Below are positions 12,848 to 25,540 of a DNA stretch of 60,164 nucleotides, one piece after another. Position 1 is the first letter of the stretch. Each line of letters starts with the position of its first letter. The position numbers and the translations under genes are program-made. This DNA is from Guillardia theta CCMP2712 (Eukaryota; Protista; Cryptophyta), in contig NW_005434645.1 in the NCBI RefSeq assembly GCF_000315625.1, positions 155,247-215,410 on the forward strand, written 5' to 3'. Under the pieces are notes generated by a model that did not search any database, was not told where the DNA came from, and saw only the letters and a program-made list of their open reading frames with translations.

Positions 12848-14717
12848 GGAGAAGAAGCAGGTGCAGGAGCAGGAGCAGGAGCAGGATCAGGGGAGAAGAA
12901 GCAGGTGCAGGAGCAGGAGCAGGAGCAGGGGAGAAGAAGCTGTATCATCTTGTTCACCTCGCCTCCTCGTCGAGCGGGTTGTTGGGAGCCACAAAGTGGG
13001 TGACGTCAGCGATGTGAACTCCCATCTCCACCCTCCCCTTCCCCAGCGGCTTCACGTGCAGAGCGTCGTCAATGTCCTTGCAGCCGGGGGATCGATGGAG
13101 CAAACCCTGGTGCAAAGGTCAGAGGAGGGATAGGAGGGAGAGTGAGGCGAGAAGAGGAGGAGCAGGGAGTTGTGGATCACTGGAAATGATATCTTCCTTC
13201 CATCCTCTCTCCCTTCGCTCTCCTCTCCCTCCCTCCCTCCCTCCCTCCCTCCCTCCCTCCCCTCCCTCCCTCCCCTTTTCCTTCCCTCCCCTCTCCACAC
13301 AACTCTTGCCCCACCTGTATCCCTCCCGCAGATCCACGCGCTTCCTGATCTCCTCCTCAGGCACCTCCCACTCCCCGTTGGGCCCGACGGGAGGAAGGAG
13401 CTTGAAGACAGCAGGAGCAAACTCTCGGATGCACACGTCGTGCTCGATCAAGATCACCTCGCTTTCGCACTGGATGTCCCCGATGTCCCCGATCGTCCTC
13501 ACGTAGTGCCCGCTGGGGAACTTCGAGTCTGCCTCCCACGAGTCGATCGCTACCAGGATCCTCTTCTCCAGCAGCTCCTCCACCTGCCGCGTGAAGATGC
13601 GGACCTTTGGGATCTGCTTGCTCACGGGAACGAACAGGACGTGCTTGTCTCTGGGGTTCAGGGGGGGCTCGATGCTGCCGCAAAATGGTCGCCATGCTCG
13701 CTTCATGATCCCCACGACCTTGGCCGTCGGTCGGAGGTCAACCTCACTCACTGTCTCCTCCTTGGCAGCGTCTTTCTCCTTCTCCTCCTCATCTAGCTCC
13801 TGTACGATCACCTGCCTCGGCGCCCTCCACTGATCCTTGGGTAGGATCTCGACTACAACCTTGTCCAGCTCCATCGCTCTGTTCAGGTTCAACCTGCCGG
13901 ATACCAGGAGGTCGCGGGAGCTGCTTCCTGTGTCCTTATCCTTCCCGTGCTTGTCGTCCTTCTTGGCACCGTGCCTCGTCTCCGTCGGAACCACCCAACC
14001 CTCCGTCGCGTTGTCACGAGCCATGTGCAGGGTCCCGATGACGAACCGACCCTGCCTGACCCCATCCTGGATCTCCATGGCGGAGAGATGAGGAGGATAG
14101 CTCACTTCCTTGCCGTCGGGCTTCCTCGCTGCATCCTCGTCCGCCTGATTCGTCGCCAGGTACTCGCTGTATTTGGCTGGGAGGTGCTCCTTGGTGAAGT
14201 CATGCACTGTGTAGCATGAAATCCCCTGCTCGATCGCTCTCGACCTGCAGTCTCTGTCGTTGGTCAGCAGGAAAACCTCCCGCTCTCCCTCGAGCTGCCT
14301 CTGGAACCATGCTGCAGCTACTCGGATGGCCCGGTCGTTGCAGTCGTTGGGGCTCTCTCCAGGAAGCTCCTTGACAAAGGTATCGTTGTGGTGCTCGTTG
14401 GCGAACACGAACACCCTCCTTCCGTGAGCTTGCGCCATGCCCTTCAACCTCTTGTACATGGCGAGGTTTCTATGCTTGACCTCCGACAGCACCGTCTGAA
14501 GCAGGATCACGTTGCTCAGCACACCCTCCGAAGTTGTCACTTCCAAGAAGTCCATCTGGTGGAGGGCGACATTGGTGTCTATCACCACACACCTCCCATC
14601 CGACCATCCGCCATCGGGCTCGGTAGGAAGATCATCTCGAAGGTAGTGCTCTCGTATCACTTTCTTGACAACTCCCCTCCTGGTTTTCTTGATGAAGATT
14701 TTGCTCTGCCGATCCAT
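9304..14717 (-). CDS. DIS3: Exosome complex exonuclease DIS3/RRP44 (multi-exon; part of the RNB domain falls in gaps)
   Basis: IREHYLRDD; PIN motifs [26 protein letters not shown]; cold-shock region [13 protein letters not shown] and [17 protein letters not shown]; RNB motifs [69 protein letters not shown]; S1 exon [20 protein letters not shown]; C-terminal PPKKKKKN. Confidence 0.95.
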
Positions 14718-14884
14718 CTTTCCGGTCCTCTATGAGCTATACGATCTCCCCCACCCCTGATCAAGCTCTCCTCTCTCCTCTCTCCTCTCCTCTCCTCTCC
14801 TCTCTCCTCTCTCCTCTCTCCTCTCCTCTCCTCTCTCCTCTCTCCTCTCATTTGATTCATTCTGGTCATCCAACATCCGCGGTT

Positions 14885-15540
14885 CGAACAGTCGGTCACT
14901 GGCCTCGCAGGCTGGGCCCGGCCACGGCGGGGCCCCGGAAGGCCAAGGGTCGGGCCCCGGGCCGGGCCCGGAGCAGACCCGGTGGGCTGCGATGGACTCA
15001 CCCTAGAGGACATTCTCGTCCTTTGACTCGGATAGCAGCCGCCGATTTATTAGTATTTAAAAGTCAGTACTACCGTAGACAGTAGTATAATTTTTAAAAC
15101 TTTCATCCGAACAGAGACGGACCGTCTGTTTTACTTATAGCCGGATACCTAATCAGAAATCATTTTATCAGTACTATTGCGACTGTTATAATCATATACA
15201 CAACATGGTACAATATCTCTCTAAATTGAATATACGGAGAGGTTGCTGGTACGGCAAGATAATAAAGATTTTTACCATGTACTTTACTACTTTTAGTCCA
15301 GTGATGTCGTACTGGTAGCTACCGCAGGCTTGTGACCTGGGGTGGGGGTGACTACCCCACCCTATGAAGAATGGGTGGTGGGAGGATTTTGTTGAAAATG
15401 ACCGGGTTGGGGCTATTTTCATCCCCCCTTTTCCCATTGAATATCCCTAGGTCCCCCCTAGGGTACCCTAGTAAACTCGGAGTAGGATCGGGGTAGGTGG
15501 CTAGGAAGGGGATCAGGGGTGGGGAGGAGATGGGGTCTTG
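14885..15540. promoter_or_regulatory. Intergenic element: GC-rich core + AT/GTAC motif + G-run arm, between divergent DIS3 and the small gene
   Basis: GGCCCGGG-rich core 14890-14990; TTTAAAAGTCAGTAC at 15056-15070; GGGGT-rich arm. Function inferred only from position. Confidence 0.45.
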
Positions 15541-15608
15541 TTCTATTTCGGGTTTTTTTTTTCAGGGGTACAAAAGGACAAGGGTAGGAGCGGTAGAGCA
15601 GCGGAAGC

Positions 15609-16178
15609 ATGTTCTCCTGCCTTGCTGAGTCTGGTGAGTGTGGATGTGGGAGGAGGAGGAGGAGGAGAGAGGAGGAGGAGAAGAGATATGGACGCGAAGA
15701 GAGAGGAGATGGTCGGGTAAAGATGGGTCGCATGTTGTTTTGGAATGTCAGGAGGGATCCTATCTGCCGTGCTGTGCATTTGTGGCTGTTGAGGTGGCAC
15801 AGTGTTTTCTTGAGAGCTGCACAAACAAGTGTTGTTTTTCTATCTCAACGATTGTTCTGTCTTGCACATGGTTCCTCGTTGTTTTGGAGCATCTTTGCTG
15901 ACTTGTGATGGCAGTTGCCTTCGATACCGGCTATGCCGGCTCCAGCGGCATCCAGCCGCAGTCCTGGGTGAACGGCAACGGAACCTCCTACATCTACTTC
16001 GGTTCCGGCCAGTTCGACGGACAGGGCTCTGGACATGACTACATGGGCACCGTGAGTTTTTCCTCTTCTGATGTTGTTCTCCTGACTATCTCTTCAGCTC
16101 TACATGCCCCCAACCGGCTACGTCAACAACTGCGATGGTGGCCGCAGCCACACCTATTGCGATTACCGCCAGGAGTAA
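15609..16178 (+). CDS. Small (~80 aa) Gly/Tyr-rich hypothetical protein, 3 exons
   Basis: Exons 15609-15633, 15914-16051 and 16098-16178 have GTGAGT donors and CAG acceptors and splice in frame to MFSCLAESVAFDTGYAGSSGIQPQSWVNGNGTSYIYFGSGQFDGQGSGHDYMGTLYMPPTGYVNNCDGGRSHTYCDYRQE*. Strong C-ending codon bias. Confidence 0.7.
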
Positions 16179-16306
16179 ATGGTTGGAATAGAATAAAACT
16201 AAGAGTCAATCATTCTCTGTCTCTCTTTGACTATCTTTCGGTCTGTCTGTATTTTCACATGTCTGTTTGTACATCTTGTACACGTAGCTACACCACAAGG
16301 GTCTCA

Positions 16307-19300
16307 TCAAGATCGTCGATCTGCTGCGAGGTCCTCATCTGCCGCACTTGCGTCCTGCAAGAGATGTCAAGGAGCAACCAAACAGCACCTACGTCCACTT
16401 GCCTCAGCTCGTTCCGCTGCCTCCTCAACCGCTGAGCCTCTCCCGTATATTCGCTCCTCAGCCTTGCTGCTGAGATTCCAACCTGCTCCTATCGCATCAG
16501 AGGTGAAGACAGACGGGAGGTGTATGACGGCAGGACCGTAGCCGCGGCTTGTCGCGAGTGCTCCTCGCTCTGAAGCAAGTACTCGATGCGCAGATCTCGC
16601 CGTATCACCTGGTGCCACGTCACGAAAGGGAGCAGGAGAGGACAAGAGGAGAGGACAGAAGGGGACGAGAGGAGAGGAGGGGAGAAATGCGAGAAAAGAG
16701 AGGAGGCAACAGGAGGAGGACGATGCCTTGTCTTTCAGCACTGCGATCTCCTGCTGCAGCTCTTGGATCATGCCGTCCTTGCGAATCTGTGTGCCCTTCA
16801 CGCCATTCCCGCTCCTCATCTCCTTAAGGTCCTTGTACACCTGCACCTCACGCTCAGTTGCAGGCGCGCGCAGCAGCAGCTCCAACAGCTTCGCATCTTG
16901 CCGTCGCCTCGTCCCGCTCCTCCTTCACCTCCTGCAACTCTGCTTGCAGCCGCTGGTACTCGTTCCTGAGCTCCTCGTAGGCCAGGTGGCAATCCTGGTG
17001 CTCGGCCTTGAGCAGGCTGAGCATATCCATGCACTGCTGCAGGGTCGTCTTGGAGTAGCAGACGCTGCTGCTCTGCACCACCACCGACGCGCTCAGGCCC
17101 GTCAGGAGGAGCTCGAGGCGCTCACAGCATCTCAACGAGCCGAGGACGAGCGCCTCCAGCTGCTCTCCTCCTGACTCTGCTGACTGGATGGCCTGCATGC
17201 CTTCCTGCCTCGCTGCCTCGGCCTCCTCCCCTGCCCGCCTCGCCTCCCTCCTCGCCTCCTCCACCTCCTCCCGTAGCCTCGCCTCCCTCTCTGCCCCCTC
17301 CTCCCTCGCCTCCGTCGCTGACCGCCGCTGGTCCGCGAGCTCCCGCGCCTGGAGCTCGATCTTCCTCTCGAGGTCGGAGGCGAGAGACTGCTGGTAGGAG
17401 ATGTCGAAGACGAAGCCGTCCTGTACTCGCCGCAGCTCTGCCGCCAGCTCCGCTACTTGCACCAGCACTAGCTCTGCATACGACTGACACAGGCTGTCCC
17501 CGAGCGCGCGATGCTGGTTCGACGNNNNNNNNNNNNNNNNNNNNNNNNNNNNNNNNNNNNNNNNNNNNNNNNNNNNNNNNNNNNNNNNNNNNNNNNNNNN
17601 NNNNNNNNNNNNNNNNNNNNNNNNNNNNNNNNNNNNNNNNNNNNNNNNNNNNNNNNNNNNNNNNNNNNNNNNNNNNNNNNNNNNNNNNNNNNNNNNNNNN
17701 NNNNACGTCTGCTGCAAGCCTCTCGCCTCCTCCCTGTGCTCGCCCCGCCTCCCGCCGAAGCTCCTCGATCGTCTCCTCGAGCCTCCTCTCCCGCCCTGCG
17801 GCCTCGTCTGCCTGCCGCTTGGCCCTCCCGTAGAGTCTCCTGCCCTGCTGCTGCTGACGAGCCGACGAGCTGCAAGCACTCCCACGTGCTCAGGCAGCTG
17901 GCGAGCGCCTCCTCTACCCTCGCCTGTATCCCTCTCATCCTCTTCCACGCCCTCACGGTACACGCGTGACGCTTGCTGCCTCGCTGCCTCGGCCTCCTCC
18001 CCTGCCCGCCCCGCCTCCCTCCTCGCCTCCTCCACCTCCTCCCGTAGCCTCGCCTCCCTCTCTGCCCCCTCCTCCCTCGCCTCCGTCGCTGACCGCCGCT
18101 GGTCTGCGAGCTCCCGCGCCTGGAGCTCGATCTTCCTCTCGAGGTCGGAGGCGAGAGACTGCTGGTAGGAGATGTCGAAGACGAAGCCGTCCTGTACTCG
18201 CCGCAGCTCTGCCGCCAGCTCCGCTACTTGCACCAGCACCAGCTCTGCATACGACTGACACAGGCTGTCCCCGAGCGCGCGATGCTGGTTCGACGCTTGA
18301 GCCTCCTGTCCGGCCGTGATCGTCAGCGCAAGAAACCTCCTGCTCCTGCTGCCCCCTTGCTCCTTCCCTACTCCCTCTGCTCCCCCTTTTGCTCCCGCCC
18401 CCCCCTCCNNNNNNNNNNNNNNNNNNNNNNNNNNNNNNNNNNNNNNNNNNNNNNNNNNNNNNNNNNNNNNNNNNNNNNNNNNNNNNNNNNNNNNNNNNNN
18501 NNNNNNNNGATATTTGCTCATGGGGGGAGGATCAGAACACGTATAGGATGAGGACGAGGGATTGGAGGAGCGGTGAGAGCGGGAAGGAGAGGAAGCAGAG
18601 AGAGGAGAGACAGCAGAATAACCAAGGGCGAGGGCAAGGGAAAGGGAGAGGGGGAGGGGGAGGGGGACGGGGTCACCTCCGTCGCTGACCGCCGCTGGTC
18701 TGCGAGCTCCCGCGCCTGGAGCTCGATCTTCCTCTCGAGGTCGGAGGCGAGAGACTGCTGGTAGGAGATGTCGAAGACGAAGCCGTCCTGTACTCGCCGC
18801 AGCTCTGCCGCCAGCTCCGCTACTTGCACCAGCACCAGCTCTGCATACGACTGACACAGGCTGTCCCCGAGCGCGCGATGCTGGTTCGACGCTTGAGCCT
18901 CCTGTCCGGCCGTGATCGTCAGCGCAAGAAACCTCCTGCTCCTGCGTGCCCCCTTGCTCCTTCCCTACTCCCTCTGCTCCCCCTTTTGCTCCTGCCCCCC
19001 TCCCTCCTCCCTCCTCGCCTCCTCTCCCGCTTACCCGCTGGCTCTGGAGCATAACATCCTTCAGCTCCTCGCACGTCTGCTGCAAGCCTCTCGCCTCCTC
19101 CCTGTGCTCGCCCGCCTCCCGCCGAAGCTCCTCGATCGTCTCCTCGAGCCTCCTCTCCCGCCCTGCGGCCTCGTCTGCCTGCCGCTTGGCCTCCCGTAGA
19201 GTCTCCTGCCCTGCTGCTGCTGACGAGCCGACGAGCTGCAAGCACTCCCACGTGCTCAGGCAGCTGGCGAGCGCCTCCTCTACCCTCGCCTGTATCCTCT

Positions 19301-22300
19301 CATCCTCTTCCACGCCCTCACGGTACACGCGTGACGCTTGCTGCCTCGCTGCCTCGGCCTCCTCCCCTGCCCGCCCCGCCTCCCTCCTCGCCTCCTCCAC
19401 CTCCTCCCGTAGCCTCGCCTCCCTCTCTGCCCCCTCCTCCCTCGCCTCCGTCGCTGACCGCCGCTGGTCTGCGAGCTCCCGCGCCTGGAGCTCGATCTTC
19501 CTCTCGAGGTCGGAGGCGAGAGACTGCTGGTAGGAGATGTCGAAGACGAAGCCGTCCTGTACTCGCCGCAGCTCTGCCGCCAGCTCCGCTACTTGCACCA
19601 GCACTAGCTCTGCATACGACTGACACAGGCTGTCCCCGAGCGCGCGATGCTGGTTCGACGCTTGAGCCTCCTGTCCGGCCGTGATCGTCAGCGCAAGAAA
19701 CCTCCTGCTCCTGCTGCCCCCTTGCTCCTTCCCTACTCCCTCTGCTCCCCCTTTTGCTCCTGCCCCCCTCCCTCCTCCCTCCTCGCCTCCTCTCCCGCTT
19801 ACCCGCTGGCTCTGGAGCACAACATCCTTCAGCTCCTCGCACGTCTGCTGCAAGCCTCTCGCCTCCTCCCTGTGCTCGCCCGCCTCCCGCCGAAGCTCCT
19901 CGATCGTCTCCTCGAGCCTCCTCTCCCGCCCTGCGGCCTCGTCTGCCTGCCGCTTGGCCTCCCGTAGAGTCTCCTGCCCTGCTGCTGCTGACGAGCCGAC
20001 GAGCTGCAAGCACTCCCACGTGCTCAGGCAGCTGGCGAGCGCCTCCTCTACCCTCGCCTGTATCCTCTCATCCTCTTCCACGCCCTCACGGTACACGCGT
20101 GACGCTTGCTGCCTCGCTGCCTCGGCCTCCTCCCCTGCCCGCCCCGCCTCCCTCCTCGCCTCCTCCACCTCCTCCCGTAGCCTCGCCTCCCTCTCTGCCC
20201 CCTCCTCCCTCGCCTCCATCGCTGACCGCCGCTGGTCCGCGAGCTCCCGCGCCTGGAGCTCGATCTTCCTCTCGAGGTCGGAGGCGAGAGACTGCTGGTA
20301 GGAGATGTCGAAGACGAAGCCGTCCTGTACTCGCCGCAGCTCCGCAGTGAGCTCACTTGCGAGGGTCTTGATGATCGTCAGCTCTGACTGGGCTGACAAG
20401 AGCGTCTGCTGCATCACAGACTGAGTGAGGAACATGTCACTGACAGTGTCTTGCTCACCACTTCACAAGATTCTCCTGGTGGACGAGACTGGCATCCGCA
20501 TTGGTCGCACTGCGGTCAGCAGCGTCAGGGAGCCGCGGAGAGGAAGAGAAGCGGTAGAAGGAAGAGAGGAGAGGAGAGGAGAGGAGAGGAGAGGAGGGGA
20601 GAGGAGAGGTGAGGAGAGGAGAGGTGAGGAGAGGAGAGGAGAGGAGAGGAGAGGAGAGGAGAGGTAGAGGGGAGGTGAGCGAGAAGGAGAAGAGAGGACG
20701 TAGAGAAGGGCAGGGACAGGACTGAGGAAGGAGGATGAAGGTATACGACCATACCCGATCTGCATCAGCTCTCACTCGCTCCTCCGCCTTGCCCTCACCG
20801 CAGGCGAGCTCCTCCATCACCCCGAAGCTGACCCGCCGCTTCACCTGATCGCTCTCCTGCAGCTGCTGCTCCACCAGGCTCTGCAGCTCCTGTTTGTGGA
20901 GCTCGAGGGAGGCATGGGCTGATCTGAGGGACGAGATGCTCTCTATCGTGTGCTCCACCTCCTCCTCGATCACCCTGCACATCTCCTCCGCCTCCTTCAC
21001 CCTGTCCGCCACGGCCGAGATCGGAGCACCGAACGGAGTCCGGATGGTGGAGATGGGGCTGTAGAAGACCGAGGAGCCCTGGGTGTCGCTGAGCGAGCAT
21101 ACCATCCTCTTGCCAAACGATCGGATAGAGTTCTCGTGCTCCGTGAATACCTTGGACATCAGCCTTTCAACCTCCTCCTCCACGTGCTGCTCTAGCTCTC
21201 TCCCTTCCCTCTCCATGACCTTGAGCTGCTGCTCGAGCGAGGAGTTCCGTTGCCGCAGCGCGTTCACCTCCTGCTCCCTGTCCTCCAGCAAGGCCTTCAA
21301 GACCGAAAGCTCCACCAGCAGCCGATCTCTCTGCCAGCAAGTCAGCCACCCATCGCCCATGCCTCCCTCCTCCTTCACCTCCGCTTCTGCTGACTTCACC
21401 GCCTCCTCCCTGCTCTCCCCTCCTCCCGCCTCCTCCCCTCCTCCGCGCTGCGCAGCCATCGGCATGCTCGGGGGGCTGGACGAGCCCATGCGGGCAGCAG
21501 GATGGATCTGCGAGAGTTCTGCGGAGGACTCGAAGAAGCAGCTCGACTTGCTCGAGAGCTGGGAGACCTCCAGCTCGAGCCCACGGATTTTCTCCTGGAG
21601 GACGAGAATCTCGTTGTTCCTCCTCGAGACGATCGTCTGCACGGCCTGTAGGTGGACGGACTCGCTGCCTCCTCCCTCCCTCCCTCTCACCCTCCACAGG
21701 GTACCCTCGAGCTCTTCCATCATCCCCTCGAGATGCGAGCAAAACGCATCAAGCTCTCCCCGCAGCTCCTCCATCCCGCCTGCGCTCGCACTGACGTTGG
21801 TCAAGGACTGGATGTCCCGCTGCTGCTGCGAGATCGTCGACTGCGCCGCGCGCAGCTGCTGCTCGAACCTCTTCTCCTGCTCGAAGAGCATTTGGCTCAT
21901 GCGCTCTACCTCCTCCTCCGCCCCTCCTGTCGACAGCGCTTCCTCCTCCCTCCTGTGCGTGAACGACTCCTCGAAGAGGTCGATCGTCCTTCCCGCCTCC
22001 TGCCAGCACGCGTCATCCCCGTCCTCTCAGCAGCGGCAGCCTCAACACGCACCTTCAACCTGCTCTCCAGCACCTCCTTCTCCTCCCTCAGCCTCCTCTC
22101 CGACTCCACCGTCCTCTTCAGCTCCTCCTCCAGCGCCGACTTGGAGGAATCCAGCTCCTCTACGATCTGCCGGTGCGCATCTTCAAGCTGCTCCAAGGTC
22201 TTCTTCATCATCATTGCCACGTGCTCCTCCTGCTCCTCGTTCTTCCTCTTCTCCCTCAGCTCCGCCTTCAGCCTCCACTCCAGCACCCTCTTCTCAGCTC

Positions 22301-24174
22301 CAAGGGACTCCACCGAGCCCTGGAGGACCAACAGCTCCTGCTTCAGCTCCCTCAGCTCCTCCACCTGCTCCTCCGACTGTCTCATCAGCTCGAGCAGAGT
22401 CTCAACCTTGGACTTGGTCGTCACCATCGCGTCCTCCGTTGCCGACAGCACTGCCTCCATGTGCTCCATAATCGCTCTCAGCTCGTCCGAGCGCCATCCC
22501 TCCCTTCCATCCTCCTCCTGCTTCGGCGCCTCCTCCAGCCTCTCCGACAGGACCGCGTCAACGGCGCTGTCATGCCCGGACGCATAGCTGGTGTTGGCCG
22601 TGGAGTCGTCCGACGAGCTGGACAGGTGCTGGGACGCAGCCTGTTGGACGTCGCTGCAGTCCGAGGAGAAGGTCGTCTCGCCCAGGTTGAACAGTCTGCA
22701 AGAGCAAACGCTCGTCAGTCTCACACGTCACATGGCAGAGAGAGGGAGGGGAACGCACATCACTTGCTCCTCCTGTGAGGCTGCGGCGAGCGGCAGCGCC
22801 TGGAAGTTCCTCTCTGCATGCACCCGGTCGACGTAGCCCAGCGGCTTCCCGTTGACGAAGAGCATGACGACCCCCTTCCTCTGGATGAACCCGCACCCTA
22901 CGATATCTCCATCCTTGAACAGCTTGCTGGGAGCTGCTGTGCTGACGTCGTCGCTGAGAACCACAGACAGCGCCTGTCCACCGTAGGAAGCGACGCCGTT
23001 GTCGTAGACCACAAGCACCTTTCCCTTCATCTGCGTGTGCAGAGCCCCCTTGGCCAACTTCCCATCACACAGGAACAGCCCGACCCGGCCTGTGCTGGGG
23101 GGTTGTGAAGGTCAAGGACGTCTGATACTTTCAACCGCTCCAGGCGGCTGTCCAGAGAACGCACTCCATTCCTCTCCCGCATGCTCTCCTTGCTCGAGGG
23201 TAAGCATGAGAAGGTGACCTCGAAGTACTGGATGCCCTCGCTCAAGGGGAAGGACTCGTGTTTCATGTCGGACAGGGCCCTCCGCACATGCAGCGTATCC
23301 AGCCCTGCCGGCCCGACCTTCTTTGCTACAAGGTGGTTCCCAAACTTGAGCCTCTTGAAGTGCTTGTCATCGAAGGCCATCAGGCTGTTGCACAGATTGT
23401 GCGTGAGAAGATTCTCGCTCGTCTTGAACACCCTGTTCTCTGACGAGGGAGGCCTCTTCGTCAGGTCGCATGTAACGATGCACCCCTCCGAGCACAGCAC
23501 AACGACGGGCACGCAGGCCATCAGGTCAGCCACCAGCGCAGGAGAGACCTTCTCGCTCTTGATGCGACGTCCGTTCTTCACCACAAACACACTCTGACTG
23601 TCTTGGTCGACCCCCATGCCGATCGTGTCCCCGGCACCAAACGAAGCCAGGCTCTTCCTTAGCATTGATGTTCTGTGCCGTACAACCCACTCGTCCGGCT
23701 CCACCCTCACGATGAGCTCCTCCAAACTTGGATTCCTGCATCCGTCAACATTCAGAGGAGCGCTCTCATCTCTCAGAAAGCAAGTCACCTTGAATCTGCG
23801 ATCTTTGGAGGCGCAAAACCCACAGATGGCTTTGAATCGCTCCGACCCCGATCGGGTATGTTCACCAGCCTCACCTCCACGTAGGGCTCCTTCAAGGATG
23901 AGAGCTGCTGAGAGAGCACGGACACCAGAGGTCGTGTGGCAGTTGGAGACACATGCTGTATGGTCCTGTCGTCGGCGAACAGAAATATCCCAGGGGGTAC
24001 CCTCCATCGCGCTCGAGGACTTCCAGCAGCTGCCTCGTTGTGCCCTTCTTTCGAACCCTGCATCGTGCTTCTTGTCGTTTGTGCTGAGATGACTGATGCC
24101 TCCTAGTCCTCTCTCCTCTCCTCTCCCCTCCCCTCCTCTCCTCCTACGTTCCCTTCCTGACGGCGTTTGTCCAT
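16307..24174 (-). CDS. Large multi-exon protein: two N-terminal SPRY/B30.2-like domains + long coiled coil with internal tandem repeats
   Basis: SPRY signatures PYVEVRLV..SVGF..FGAGDTIGMGVD..VFVVKNG and QYFEVTF..FKDGDIVGCGF..MLFVNGKPLG, then E/Q/R/L-rich heptad exons. Likely ATG at 24174; stop near 16307 is tentative. Confidence 0.75.
17205..20345. repeat. Tandem array of ~768-bp near-identical units (at least 4 copies, interrupted by two gaps)
   Basis: The landmark gagactgctggtaggagatgtcg recurs near 17385, 18155, 18750, 19520 and 20290; contiguous copies are 768-769 bp apart. Each unit contains coding sequence plus an intron (GTAAGC...CAG on the - strand). Confidence 0.9.
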
Positions 24175-24199
24175 GAAAGCCTCAGTAGCACATCACTGA

Positions 24200-25540
24200 G
24201 TCACGATCGGGGGGGGGTAGGAGTTTTATGGTAGGGGTAGGGGGTAATTGAAGGGAGGATGAGGGGGTAGTTTTGAGTTCGCAAAACCTGATAGAAACCA
24301 GGTGGGGTAGTGAAAATGAGGGGTGATGATCACCATAAGGTGCAAGTGAAAGGTCCTACGGTGGCGGGGGTACCCTTAGGGCCTGTCAATCACCGTCACG
24401 TCAAGCTCTCGGGTGGGTGGGGGTAAATCCAATACCCCTGATCAATGGGGTACTTGAGCAATAATGTGGGGGTGGGGTCAACCAAATGGTGGGGTCCGAG
24501 TGGCGCACTAGACAGTTGAAGGTTTGAAATCCAATGGGCGGGGATGAGGCTCAGCATATCGGTACTAGTGACTCTCAGTGACTAGTATCACGGTCCGCCC
24601 CGGCCCGGACCGGGACACTCTCGCTGAGTCAGTACGGTCGTGCCGGCCGGCAGGCCGCGGCCGGGTGCCACGCCGGTGAGCGCGCCGCCGGTCACCGGGT
24701 CAGTCGGGTCGCCGGGCTAGCGCAGGAGCGGTCGCCACCCCGGCTGACCCCGGGCCGGCCGGCCGGCCGGCCCCACGCGGCCGCCCAGCCTTCAAGGCTC
24801 GGCGGCCCGGAGCACTTGAAACATCATGTTAGTAGCTTGTATGGTAAACCAAGTTAAAAATCAGTACTCCGAGTCTGGCTACCGTAGTACGGCGGCCCCC
24901 GGCGGCGGGACCGTTGCCGAACTTCGGAACTCGGAACTTCCGTTGTCTGCGGCTGTGGGCCCGCCGTGACCGTGAATGCTACCGTACCGGCCCGGGCCGG
25001 AGGCTCCGGCGGCACCATTGAGTCAAGCCTTTGAGTAGTGACCGGCGTACTCACGGTAATCAAAAAGTTGAGTCAAAGGAGTGCGTCACAAACATCACAG
25101 AGGAACTTTTCTGGTGGCCACTCAAGTTGCTTCAAGTCCGCCAGTGAGGCTCCGCCCCGGAGTTACGGGTAAGAGAGTAATGACCTCTCTTATAAGTGTG
25201 CATACGCATAGGCCCTATGAGCTAGATAAGACCAGGGTCCTAGAGTGACTAGAAACCAATGGGGTACTTGAACAGGTACCACCCCACCCTTGTATCTGAA
25301 TAGAGATATGGGGGTGCTAGGTAGGAAACGGGGTTGAGGGTCGTGGGATGGGAGGGGGTGGGTGGTCACCGTCTAGGAGTGGGTGCCGCATTTTCAACGA
25401 TAGCAAGTTGACTATACAGGGGTGGGGTGGGTTGGGGTAGGGGGTAGGGTGGGGTGTCGGGAACCCTTGTGGCGGCCTCCCTGGAGGCCTTGCGACTGAT
25501 GGAGGAGGAATGGGGGGGGGGGGGGGGGGAGAGGAGGCCG
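24200..25540. promoter_or_regulatory. Intergenic element of the same architecture between divergent SPRY and STAG-like genes
   Basis: G-run arms, GC core 24590-24810, AAGTTAAAAATCAGTAC at 24851-24867. Confidence 0.45.

Noticed and set aside
16854-20435. 1193-aa ORF as one CDS, or the 768-bp units as a mobile element
   Set aside because: The ORF runs through introns and N-gaps. The units are tandem gene-internal duplications with no TIR, LTR or transposase/RT sequence.
21083-22587. Long Ser-rich + strand ORFs (462 aa, 311 aa)
   Set aside because: Antisense to the coiled-coil exons on the - strand.
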